Of a DNA stretch of 64,000 nt, positions 26,903 to 35,680 are shown piece by piece (the first letter of the stretch is position 1; each line of letters starts with the position of its first letter). Source of the DNA: an uncultured Clostridia bacterium. GTDB taxonomy: Bacteria; Bacillota; Clostridia; Oscillospirales; CAG-272. A program made the translations under genes and the position numbers. The stretch covers positions 36,200 through 100,199 of the forward strand of contig CAOKAC010000006.1 of assembly GCA_948466345.1 (NCBI GenBank), given 5' to 3'. The notes beneath the pieces are model-generated. The model saw only the letters and a program-made list of their open reading frames with translations, was not told where the DNA came from and ran no database searches.

Positions 26903-27904
26903 GTGCGGGAATGCAAATCTATGAAATTTGACTATTCCGGAGAAAATGCAAAAGCTTTTGAAAAGGCCAATGCTCTGGTACACTCCCTGATTGCAGAAGT
27001 CGAAAAAGTGGTAGTAGGAAAGCATAACGAAATCGTTATGCTAGTTACTTCTATGCTGGCGGGCGGTCATGTCTTGATTGAAGATGTCCCCGGCGTAGGT
27101 AAAACTACCTTAGCTGCCGCTCTGTCAAAAGCCGCCGGGCTGTCTTTTAATCGCGCCCAGTTTACGCCGGACGTGATGGCCTCTGATATCACCGGCTTCA
27201 ACATATATAACCGCTCCAAAGAACAATTTGAATTTCGCAGCGGACTTGTAATGTGCAATATTCTTTTGGCAGATGAAATCAACCGTGCTTCTCCAAAAAC
27301 TCAATCTGCTCTATTGGAAGCCATGGAAGAAAGACAGGTAACCGTAGATGGGAAAACCTACGTGATTCCCACACCTTTTATGGTTATCGCAACCCAAAAC
27401 CCCTCCGGTTATATCGGTACATATCCCCTGCCGGAAGCTCAGTTAGACCGTTTTATCATGCGTCTATCTATGGGATATCCTTCAGAAGCTGAGGAAATGG
27501 CTATCCTGTCTGACAGAAAAACGGAAAATCCAATGGGCCAAATCTCCGCTGTTACAAACGCACAGTCTATACAAGAGCTGCGACGCATTGTTTCTACTGT
27601 AACAGTATCGGGAGAGATCAGCCGATACATCGTGCAGCTGGTCAGCGCCACAAGAAGTGCCAAATCCATAACATTAGGGGCATCCCCACGCGCTTCCCTT
27701 GCATTGATGAAGCTGGCCCAAGCTTATGCTTTTATTCGTGGAAGAGACTATGTCTTGGCAGAAGATGTCTCCGCCCTGTATACACCGGCTGTGTCCCATC
27801 GAATAATGCTCAGTCAGGAAGCGCGTCTCAGTCAGACTACCGCTGCAGAAGTTCTTGCAGAAGTAGCCCGTACGGTGGAAGTTCCCTTTAAAACCCAAAG
27901 ATAA
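26903..27904 (+). CDS. MoxR-family AAA+ ATPase
   Basis: GHVLIEDVPGVGKTTLA (Walker A), LLADEINRASPKTQSALLEAMEE (Walker B/sensor), ATQNP and LDRF. The start is either the GTG at 26903 or the ATG at 26921. Confidence 0.9.
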   Translation: MRECKSMKFDYSGENAKAFEKANALVHSLIAEVEKVVVGKHNEIVMLVTSMLAGGHVLIEDVPGVGKTTLAAALSKAAGLSFNRAQFTPDVMASDITGFNIYNRSKEQFEFRSGLVMCNILLADEINRASPKTQSALLEAMEERQVTVDGKTYVIPTPFMVIATQNPSGYIGTYPLPEAQLDRFIMRLSMGYPSEAEEMAILSDRKTENPMGQISAVTNAQSIQELRRIVSTVTVSGEISRYIVQLVSATRSAKSITLGASPRASLALMKLAQAYAFIRGRDYVLAEDVSALYTPAVSHRIMLSQEARLSQTTAAEVLAEVARTVEVPFKTQR

Positions 27905-27915
27905 GAAGGAAACCT

Positions 27916-29715
27916 ATGGCTGATAAAAAAAGACGCAAAAATGCGCCGGCTCTGCTCCCACGTCCAGGCGCAATTCTATATTGCTTTCTGTTCCTTTTTG
28001 CACTTGTATTCACCCAGTTGCTGCGGAATACCGCTTCTGCCGTGTTCTTCTGGTTTCTTGTGTTCATTCCCTTTCTGTCCTTCCTTCTGCTCCTGATTGG
28101 AAAGGCATGTATACAAGTATATGTATCTTCCGCTGTCGATTGCTGTGAGAAATTGACGCCGGTAGAATACGAGATTCGTCTGATTAACACAGGCCCTATT
28201 CCCCTTCCCTTTGTTGAAGCAATGATCCATCTTCCTCGTGTAGACGGTGTACGCAGTCTGCATCAAAAGCTGGTACTGTCCCTGATCCCCTTCGGAATGC
28301 ATGTGATTAAGGACACCGTCCGGTTTCGGTATCGGGGGCTGTATGAAATTGGTGTAAGAGAGATTTATTTATATGATTATCTTCGCATGTTCCGCCTTCG
28401 TATTGATGTGAGCAACTACAGTAACGTGACCGTACTTCCCAGACGCCTTCTTCTGGATACATCTGTCAGCACCGCTGCCTCAGATATTCCCTCCTCTTTT
28501 GCTCGGATGCAGCATACACCAGAGCAGTCTGAGCAAGCAAGTATCCGGGACTATCGTTTGGGAGATACCATGAAATCCATTCACTGGAAGCTTTCTTCAA
28601 AAGCGGAAGACCTGCAGGTGCGGGATTTCAATACCAATGACGATCAGCATGTTTATATTTTTGCAGACTTTGCAGGGCCTACTCCTCCACCCCAAGTGGA
28701 AAAGTCGCGCAAGCAAAAACACATTCGTCTGCTTTTAAAAAAAAGAGAGCGCAGGGTTATGCGGCCTACCATTCGTCTGCATAAAATTGCTGACAAGGCA
28801 GAAGCGTTAGATACTGCGGTAGGCCGCAAAATCCAGAATGTAAAAAAACGAATGCATAATCGACGCCAAGCGGCTAAAAGCCGGAGAAGATTGCAGGCAG
28901 GCAACAGCGCAGCTTCCGTGCAATCTATGGATGCAATCGATGCTTTGATTCGGGCAACAGCCAGAAAGCGGACACATACGAAAAAAATCGATCCAAAAAA
29001 AGAAGAAAAGCGAACTGCCAATGCCCAGCAAAAAGAGCAGGAGCAAGCCCTACTGCGTGCGCAGATTGAAGCGGAAGATGCTGTTGTCCAAAAGCTGCTA
29101 GAGGAAATTAACGGAGACATGAGAGAAGCAGGCGATGAAGAAATCGACGAAGCCATTCGTGTCTGGGGCGGCGCCGTGCAGCCGGACTTTGCAGACGAAA
29201 TGCCCGAACTATGCGCAGATAGTGTGGCAGAAATCGCCGTTGCAGAGGTAATGAATGAAATTCGGCACGGTCACCGCTGTACGGTGGCTTGGTTTGATCC
29301 CCGGGAGGACAACGGCGTTTGCGTACAGCATGCTTCTGATCTTGCTTCTTTTGAGGATATTTATAACCGGTTTGCACGTGCTTCTGTGGTGTCAGAAAAA
29401 CAGCGGGTGTGTCATTTGAGCCGGCTAATATCGGAAACAGCAAATGTGACAATTCGTATTGTTACCGCCAACATGGATCCGGCATCTATTGCCGAATACG
29501 GCCGAATCCCTGCAATGTTTGGTGGAGCTGGAAACGGCTGTGTCACAGAAATATTGTTTTATAGTCCAACAGAAAAGTACAAAATCCCTATGGAACGCGA
29601 AGAGTATGTGGCAGCCTGCGCCGCAAAGCTGCGACAGCAAGGTATATTTCCAAGCCGTATGCAGTTGATCGAACAGCAAGGACGTCAAACACTTCTCACC
29701 GCTATTCAATACTGA
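27916..29715 (+). CDS. DUF58 family protein with 2 N-terminal TM helices and a K/R/Q/E-rich insert of about 150 aa
   Basis: IRDYRLGDTMKSIHWKLSSKAEDLQVRDF is the DUF58 signature. The insert spans aa ~255-405 (nt 28678-29130). Confidence 0.8.
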   Translation: MADKKRRKNAPALLPRPGAILYCFLFLFALVFTQLLRNTASAVFFWFLVFIPFLSFLLLLIGKACIQVYVSSAVDCCEKLTPVEYEIRLINTGPIPLPFVEAMIHLPRVDGVRSLHQKLVLSLIPFGMHVIKDTVRFRYRGLYEIGVREIYLYDYLRMFRLRIDVSNYSNVTVLPRRLLLDTSVSTAASDIPSSFARMQHTPEQSEQASIRDYRLGDTMKSIHWKLSSKAEDLQVRDFNTNDDQHVYIFADFAGPTPPPQVEKSRKQKHIRLLLKKRERRVMRPTIRLHKIADKAEALDTAVGRKIQNVKKRMHNRRQAAKSRRRLQAGNSAASVQSMDAIDALIRATARKRTHTKKIDPKKEEKRTANAQQKEQEQALLRAQIEAEDAVVQKLLEEINGDMREAGDEEIDEAIRVWGGAVQPDFADEMPELCADSVAEIAVAEVMNEIRHGHRCTVAWFDPREDNGVCVQHASDLASFEDIYNRFARASVVSEKQRVCHLSRLISETANVTIRIVTANMDPASIAEYGRIPAMFGGAGNGCVTEILFYSPTEKYKIPMEREEYVAACAAKLRQQGIFPSRMQLIEQQGRQTLLTAIQY

Positions 29716-29755
29716 TGAACTGGAAAGGAGGCCGCCCCAGGCGGAACAATTCCTT

Positions 29756-32700
29756 TTGAAAAACATAAAACATAAACTGCCCCTTTGGGTGCCTGCCCAT
29801 TTGCAACCCAAAAAAGCGCGGAGTTCCAAGCGGGATTCTGTAGAAAGTATTTTTGATTCCCCGGCAGCTTCCCTGTCTAAGACTACAAAAATTATTGGAT
29901 TTGTTTTGCGTGCACTTCTTTTTTATATTGGTTTGTTTGGTGTTGTCGCATTCTTATGTGCAGCCAGCGGACTTTCTATACAGGTTCATTGGCAGGCATG
30001 CTACATATCCACTGGATTTACCGCTCTCATTTGCCTGATTATCTGTGCGATCGTGACGCTCTCCGCTTTCAATCGTCTTACGCTGCTGCTTGTCCCCTTC
30101 GGATCCGCCGCAGCCATAATCGGTCTGTGTTCTGTTTTATACGGGAATCCCTTTGCCTTCTTATGGGAAAGCCTCCTGCGCATCTATAATTTTGCGCTAT
30201 ATCATATTGCCAGTCTCGGATATGGCTCTCTTGGAAACTTTATGATATCGGACGGCTTGGATTACAGCAGCGCCGCCTATATGATAGAGGATCCCAAGCG
30301 TTTTTGGGGGGTGTTTCTTCTAACTGCTTTTTTCAGTATACTGCTGGGACTTTGTATGCTGAAAAAAGTGCGGCTGATCCCACTATGCGCACTTCTTGCA
30401 CTCATTATCGTTCCTGTTTTCACCTACAACATCTCGAATGGAAATATCGGTATCGGTTGTATTATCGCTTTTTGTCTTGGCTGCGCAGTATTGAAGATAT
30501 ACGATTACCGCTATGCCGGAACGCTTAGCCGCAAAATAAAAAGAAGAAAAAGGCGGCAGGAGCAAAAAAATTTACGAATCAAAAATACTATCCGCAAAAA
30601 AGAAGAACAAAAAGCACTGCGGGCACAGGCCGAAGAGATTCTTAAAGCTTCCCTAGAAACAGATATGGACAAACGCCGTTCCCGCATAGCGTATAACGCT
30701 GTATTTATTGCATGGCGGCAGTCACAAAAAGAGAAAAAGCGCAAGCAAAAAAAGCAGATACGTGACAGTAAAAAACAGCGCAAGGAAGAAAAAAAGGCAA
30801 TCCGCAAGGCACGCGCCGCGGAAAATAAAGAACTTGCCGCCTTAAAAAAATCAGGCAATCTGCAAGACGTAGCCGTCATCAAACAAAGACAAGCACAGCA
30901 AAAACAAGCTGTGAAAATGAAAAAATCCGCTGCGCGGGCACAAAAGCAGCAGCGCCGCAAAGAAAAAAATGCGCACGCCTTTGCAGTCTGTTCTGCCGGC
31001 GGATTTGCAGGACTGGGAGCCGCAGTCTTGGCCCTCCTTGCCCTGTGGATTCCCATGGTGACAGCGAAAGAAAGCTTCCCTATCATTACACCGATCAATA
31101 ATAAAATACAAATTGCCCGCAGCTACGTTACTGCGTATCTTACAGGAAATGATGTAGATTTAAACGATCTTGCCGCCTATGGAATCAATGAGCTGACGCC
31201 ACGCTCTCTGTCTTTTGATTCGCTGGAATATGAAGGCAAACAGATTTTGCGCGTAGAAACTACAGGAACCGGTAATGTATATCTGCGCAGTTGGATAGGT
31301 TCGAATTTTAATATGCAGACAGATACTTGGACCACTGCGGATTATGATGCGGTGTTGGCATATCGAACCCTTTTTGGCATAGACTTTACCTCAGACGATA
31401 TTACGTATAACTTTAATAAATATGTTTATCCCTCTTCCGTAGATATTACAGAACAAAATGTTTATAAAAATCTTTCTAAATATGGATTTAATGTGCAGCA
31501 GGTCCATGTACAGCGAACCAGTGGGAGCAGTCTTCTTTTATTTATTCCCGCACACATGAATCCGGATATAGGACTGCGCGCTTTGGGAAGTATGGAAGAG
31601 TCGGAACATAAATATTCCAAATATTACGATGGCGTTTATTCCTCTCGTTTTTACAAATCCGGCACAGGCTATAGCACCGTTTCCTTTGTCACTACACTGA
31701 ACAGATCAGAAGCAGGCACTTCTAAAGAAAACGCTGTTGAATATTATAGGCGTGCAAAAACTTTTATAAATGAAAATAAAGGCTTTGCTGCTTCCGACAC
31801 GCTGCAAGAAAAAATTGCCTCTTTTGATTATCAGCTTGTCGAGGACGGCATCGAATATATCGGAACGAATCTGGTGGAACGGTATTTCTATGATATGACA
31901 CCAGACCAGCAAGAAGCATTTCATACCGCCATAGCTTTAGAAGAACAATATCAAACATACGTTAAGGATACCTATACACAAAAATCGGGCAGTCCAGTCG
32001 TAGAAGAAATTGCCGCACAGATTTGCGTAGCAGCAGAAGAGGAAGGCATCGCAACAAAGCACGATTTGATTATGGCTGTTGTAGACTATTTGCGAGACAA
32101 TTACACCTATACCCAGACACCGGACGGCAGTGCCTTCACAGAGAAAGAAAGCAGCGTCCTAGATAACTTCCTGTCTGAGGTTAAAGAAGGCTACTGTACA
32201 CATTTTGCCACTTCCGCTGTAATGCTTCTGCGTGAATATGACATTCCGGTACGTTTTGTAGAGGGATATGTAGCCAGTGATTTTAAACGTGCCGCCGGTA
32301 CCAGCGGGGCTCCTTACCGTTCCGACGTAAAAGACAGTAATGCCCATTCATGGATTGAAGTATATTTTGAGGGTATGGGATGGATGCAATACGAGGTGAC
32401 GCCGGGAGAATATATCGACGATATGTACGACCCTAACGGCGCTACTATCACGCCTACACCTTCAGAAGATGAACCCAATGAGGAAGAAGAACCTGATGAA
32501 CCCATCGTCCAGCCAAATGACACAGAAAAAATTCCAAACGGTAATGAAAGAATACCCCCTGATGCTGAAGAACTCTCTGAAATAACATATTTCTTCTTAG
32601 TAATTGGGCTTACCGCTTGTGTTGTTCTTATTGGATGCATCCTCTACCTGATTATTCGTCATTTACAGAAGCAAACACAGCTCATGCTGGAAAAACGGTA

Positions 32701-33067
32701 CCGCGTCATCAATCTGGCACGAAAAAAAGAAGCATATGAAAAAGCTGCTTTGGCTGATCGGCGCAAAGCCGTTCGGCAGATAAACGACTGGATTCTGGAT
32801 ATTTTCCGCATTATGGGTGCACCCCCTGAAACTGGAGAACTCCCCATGGACTTTGCAAAGCGCGTATCCGACGAATACGCACATCTCTCTACAGAAAACT
32901 TCTTAGAGGTGATGACTTATATGCAAAAAGAAGAATTTGGGCACGGGTTGTCTGCAAGAGAGGCAGACATATGCGGAGAATATCTCAGCGACCTAATTAC
33001 GTCTGTGTATGCCGGTCTAAGTTTATGGCAAAAGATCCGGGTGCGGTATATCAAACGAATTTTGTAA
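29756..33067 (+). CDS. polytopic transglutaminase-like (DUF4129-type) membrane protein, 1103 aa
   Basis: Cys-His core: EGYCTHFATSAVMLLREYDIPVRFVEGY...NAHSWIEVYFEGMGWMQYEVTP. There are multiple N-terminal TM helices, a K/R-rich loop at aa 257-406, an acidic linker and a late TM helix. TTG start. Confidence 0.8.
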   Translation: MKNIKHKLPLWVPAHLQPKKARSSKRDSVESIFDSPAASLSKTTKIIGFVLRALLFYIGLFGVVAFLCAASGLSIQVHWQACYISTGFTALICLIICAIVTLSAFNRLTLLLVPFGSAAAIIGLCSVLYGNPFAFLWESLLRIYNFALYHIASLGYGSLGNFMISDGLDYSSAAYMIEDPKRFWGVFLLTAFFSILLGLCMLKKVRLIPLCALLALIIVPVFTYNISNGNIGIGCIIAFCLGCAVLKIYDYRYAGTLSRKIKRRKRRQEQKNLRIKNTIRKKEEQKALRAQAEEILKASLETDMDKRRSRIAYNAVFIAWRQSQKEKKRKQKKQIRDSKKQRKEEKKAIRKARAAENKELAALKKSGNLQDVAVIKQRQAQQKQAVKMKKSAARAQKQQRRKEKNAHAFAVCSAGGFAGLGAAVLALLALWIPMVTAKESFPIITPINNKIQIARSYVTAYLTGNDVDLNDLAAYGINELTPRSLSFDSLEYEGKQILRVETTGTGNVYLRSWIGSNFNMQTDTWTTADYDAVLAYRTLFGIDFTSDDITYNFNKYVYPSSVDITEQNVYKNLSKYGFNVQQVHVQRTSGSSLLLFIPAHMNPDIGLRALGSMEESEHKYSKYYDGVYSSRFYKSGTGYSTVSFVTTLNRSEAGTSKENAVEYYRRAKTFINENKGFAASDTLQEKIASFDYQLVEDGIEYIGTNLVERYFYDMTPDQQEAFHTAIALEEQYQTYVKDTYTQKSGSPVVEEIAAQICVAAEEEGIATKHDLIMAVVDYLRDNYTYTQTPDGSAFTEKESSVLDNFLSEVKEGYCTHFATSAVMLLREYDIPVRFVEGYVASDFKRAAGTSGAPYRSDVKDSNAHSWIEVYFEGMGWMQYEVTPGEYIDDMYDPNGATITPTPSEDEPNEEEEPDEPIVQPNDTEKIPNGNERIPPDAEELSEITYFFLVIGLTACVVLIGCILYLIIRHLQKQTQLMLEKRYRVINLARKKEAYEKAALADRRKAVRQINDWILDIFRIMGAPPETGELPMDFAKRVSDEYAHLSTENFLEVMTYMQKEEFGHGLSAREADICGEYLSDLITSVYAGLSLWQKIRVRYIKRIL

Positions 33068-33083
33068 TACAGTATGGAGGAAT

Positions 33084-33449
33084 ATGAATACAAAAGACAT
33101 TATACAACTGCCCACAGCGTCCCTGGCATATCTAGGGGACGCTGTGCTGGAAGTGATGGTGCGAGAACTGTTGGTACTAGATGGAAGGGGTGATATTCAC
33201 GAACGCGCACTGGAATATGTCACCGCCGTTTCTCAAAGTGCTGCGTCCGATTTAATTATGGATGATTTTACAGATGAGGAGCTGTCCGTATTCAAACGTG
33301 GCAGAAATAGCACCCATACAGCGCCTAAAAGCGCCACAAGGGCCCAATATAGCCGAGCTACTGGATTGGAGTGTGTATTCGCTTACCTACATTTGTCTGG
33401 ACAACAGGAACGCATGCAAAAACTGTTTCAAAAAGCATTTGTAAAATAA
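33084..33449 (+). CDS. mrnC: Mini-ribonuclease 3
   Basis: LAYLGDAVLEVMVRE, FKRGRN and YSRATGLECVFAYL. 121 aa. Confidence 0.85.
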   Translation: MNTKDIIQLPTASLAYLGDAVLEVMVRELLVLDGRGDIHERALEYVTAVSQSAASDLIMDDFTDEELSVFKRGRNSTHTAPKSATRAQYSRATGLECVFAYLHLSGQQERMQKLFQKAFVK

Positions 33450-33481
33450 AAAAAGAGACGCCCGCCCGGCGTCTCTTTTTT
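33447..33481. terminator. bidirectional rho-independent terminator
   Basis: AGAGACGCC / GGCGTCTCT 9-bp stem (33454-33462 / 33468-33476) flanked by an A-run and a T-run, between convergent genes. Confidence 0.7.
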
Positions 33482-33488
33482 ATCATTT

Positions 33489-33767
33489 CTAATTCTTTTT
33501 CCAGCGTTTCAAATTAGGAAAGATTTCCTGCATCGCGGATGTTGCTTCCGCAACGCTGTTGTAAGGATTCCCTTTGGAAATAAGCGGGGCACAAAACGCA
33601 ATCATTTCTTCCATCGTTGTGTCACTGGTAAACTTACCGTTCTTGTAGCAATAAACGCAATAATCTGCATTTTTTCGCCCATCTACATTTGTTCCGTAGT
33701 CCTCCTCTTTTACCATAGGCATAGCGCAGCTTTGACAAAATACAGTCGTTTCGTCTTTCATATGCAT
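33489..33767 (-). CDS. zinc-ribbon domain protein (Zn_ribbon_2-like)
   Basis: CQSCAMPM...ADYCVYCY gives two CxxC pairs in a small 92-aa protein. Start at the ATG at 33767, 5 nt after GGAGA. Confidence 0.6.
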   Translation of the reverse strand: MHMKDETTVFCQSCAMPMVKEEDYGTNVDGRKNADYCVYCYKNGKFTSDTTMEEMIAFCAPLISKGNPYNSVAEATSAMQEIFPNLKRWKKN

Positions 33768-33836
33768 CTTTATCTCCATTTCTTTTTTTAATTTTAGGAT
33801 TTATAAATCCCAAGCCATTTACAGTATATATTTTAC

Positions 33837-33860
33837 AATATGACAGCAGCGTGTCATATT
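33837..33860. promoter_or_regulatory. palindromic operator candidate O1: AATATGACA-N6-TGTCATATT
   Basis: Perfect 9-bp inverted arms. O1 overlaps the stop codon of the WYL gene. It also covers a plausible -35 (ATGACA), 16-nt spacer and TAAAAT promoter for the zinc-ribbon gene. Confidence 0.45.
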
Positions 33861-34764
33861 ATTTATATTTATCTACAATTTCTGCCGCTTTGTCTTGTAT
33901 AAGCGTCCGCAATGCGGCAGGCTGCAGCACTTCAACCATTCCTCCAAAAGACAATATAAATCCCCATACCCAATCGTCCAGAGGCCATGTAACAGAAACC
34001 AGAAATTCGCCATCCTCTTGCGGGGTAATTTGCGATGCGTCAAATGTATCATATAATCGATATGCCGCTTGTGAAGCAAAGCGCATTTTTATGCAACAAG
34101 TGCTAACGATTGCTGTTTTCTTATTATCCGCCGCTGATTTCTCTGTCTCCTCATGTTGACCTGCAAACGTAGTATCTGTTACAGTAAAATTCTGCATCCT
34201 CGTCAACTTGAAGATACGATAATCTTTTTTGCATAAGCAGTACCCATACATATACCATGCGCGGTCCTTAAAACGAATCTGAATCGGCTCTACCTTTCTA
34301 TGCGACTTCTCGCCACAGCTATTATAATAATCAAAAGCTACAATTGTCCTCTTCAGTATTGCTGTCTTCAGCGCATCAAAAAGGTCCAGATTGGAGTTTC
34401 CCCAATCTGAAAAATCTACGTCCAGCCATGGTACCGCATTTTTGGAAAAAAAGGTGCTGAGCTTATTCAATACAGGCGCAGTATCTCCAGGTCCTACAGA
34501 GGCAAATCCATATAAAGCCGACAGAATATCATTTTGCTCCGCATCGCTAAGCAAAGATTTATCCAACACGAAATCCTGTAAAAGAGAAATTCCCCCGCTC
34601 TTTCCTTTTCTAGTATATACAGGCACACCTGCAAGGGACAGTATGTCTATATCCCGGTAAATGGTTCGCTGAGACACTTCAAAATATTCGGCAAGCTCCT
34701 TTGCAGTTACAGTTCCTTTCTTCAACAAAATATAAACAATTTGGAATAATCGATTGGTTCGCAT
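33859..34764 (-). CDS. YafY-family transcriptional regulator (HTH + WYL domain)
   Basis: MRTNRLFQIVYILLKKGTVTAKELAEYFEVSQRTIYRDIDILSLAGVPVY (DeoR-type HTH_11), then a WYL region (RKVEPIQIRFKDRAWYMYGY) and a WCX-like tail. Confidence 0.8.
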   Translation of the reverse strand: MRTNRLFQIVYILLKKGTVTAKELAEYFEVSQRTIYRDIDILSLAGVPVYTRKGKSGGISLLQDFVLDKSLLSDAEQNDILSALYGFASVGPGDTAPVLNKLSTFFSKNAVPWLDVDFSDWGNSNLDLFDALKTAILKRTIVAFDYYNSCGEKSHRKVEPIQIRFKDRAWYMYGYCLCKKDYRIFKLTRMQNFTVTDTTFAGQHEETEKSAADNKKTAIVSTCCIKMRFASQAAYRLYDTFDASQITPQEDGEFLVSVTWPLDDWVWGFILSFGGMVEVLQPAALRTLIQDKAAEIVDKYK

Positions 34765-34801
34765 AAACACACCGCCCTTCTAATTAATAGTATACCACAA
34801 T

Positions 34802-34825
34802 AATATGACATAATCATGTCATATT
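34802..34825. promoter_or_regulatory. palindromic operator candidate O2: AATATGACA-N6-TGTCATATT (arms extend to 13 bp, 34799-34828)
   Basis: Half-sites and spacing are identical to O1. O2 lies immediately upstream of an extended -10 (TGgTATACT on the minus strand) for the WYL gene. Confidence 0.5.
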
Positions 34826-34831
34826 ATTAAT

Positions 34832-34863
34832 AAAACGGCACAGGAAAAGCTGCGCCGTTTTTT
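34832..34863 (-). terminator. terminator ending the phage-derived block
   Basis: ACGGCACAG / CTGCGCCGT stem (8 of 9 pairs) flanked by A and T runs, 14 nt past the LysM gene stop at 34877. Confidence 0.55.
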
Positions 34864-34876
34864 CCAATATTCTTTT

Positions 34877-35680
34877 TTATACAGTTGCCCGAAGAAGTTC
34901 TATATAATCTAAAAACTTTTCGTAATCCGCGTCGGACAATGTCTCATATTTATCTAAAAGAAAGCTGCCCTCATCTAGATAATTCTTGATCATATCATTG
35001 TATCGATCCCACTGGGCATCATCCAAAGAAGACAACAGCTTAATCTGGTCATGTAGTTGGTCCCCCTCATCAATAAATCGGCCATATGCCGCTTCATACA
35101 GCTGCGGAATCACTTGCGCCAGCTCCTGCATATGTGCCCCATATGCCTGCTGCCCTACAGACTGAGCATAAGTGTTGCCCATACCGCCGGTCATAGCCGC
35201 AGCCTTTCCCATTGCATCCAGCATAGCAAGCCGTCCGCTTTGGGTATACACATCTTTATAGTTTTGGTATAAAGGATCCTGCAGGGGATCATAAGAAAAT
35301 TGTCTTCCCGTTGCTGCACCAATCAGGGAATCCAGTTTTTCACTGTATGCACTATCATAGGCGCTAGGTTTTTTCTTTCCCCAGTCATCCAGTTCTGCGC
35401 CAGCATCCTTCACACGATTGCTGGGCAGATATCCGCTGCTATGATATGTATCCCGATTTCCTGAAGGTCCGCCATAGATCGAGTACCAAACATCCGCCGT
35501 TTCGGATACTTCTCTATCTCCCCCGGAAGCGTTGCCGCTGTCCGGAATTTGCAGCGTATTGCCTGTATAGATCAAATTTTTATTTTTGATATTGTTGGTA
35601 CTGGCCAACGCATCCACCGTTGTATTATGTTTCTTTGCAATGGAGGTCAGTGTATCTCCTTTTTTGATCGTATATGTCAT
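34877..35680 (-). CDS. LysM-domain protein with an uncharacterised helical C-terminal domain (phage-associated)
   Basis: N-terminal LysM (YTIKKGDTLTSIAKKHNTTVDALASTNNIK...GNTLQIP). No signal peptide. The C-terminal part carries YDPLQDPLYQNYKDVY...TGGMGNTYAQSVGQQAY. Strong SD (AAAGGAG). Confidence 0.75.
   Translation of the reverse strand: MTYTIKKGDTLTSIAKKHNTTVDALASTNNIKNKNLIYTGNTLQIPDSGNASGGDREVSETADVWYSIYGGPSGNRDTYHSSGYLPSNRVKDAGAELDDWGKKKPSAYDSAYSEKLDSLIGAATGRQFSYDPLQDPLYQNYKDVYTQSGRLAMLDAMGKAAAMTGGMGNTYAQSVGQQAYGAHMQELAQVIPQLYEAAYGRFIDEGDQLHDQIKLLSSLDDAQWDRYNDMIKNYLDEGSFLLDKYETLSDADYEKFLDYIELLRATV

Noticed and set aside
28653-31098. Long minus-strand ORFs (28653-29156 and 30511-31098) inside the DUF58 and transglutaminase genes.
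   Set aside because: Both lie antisense to the purine-rich K/R/E-coding inserts. They translate to Ser/Ala/Phe/Cys low-complexity sequence and lack start-site signals.
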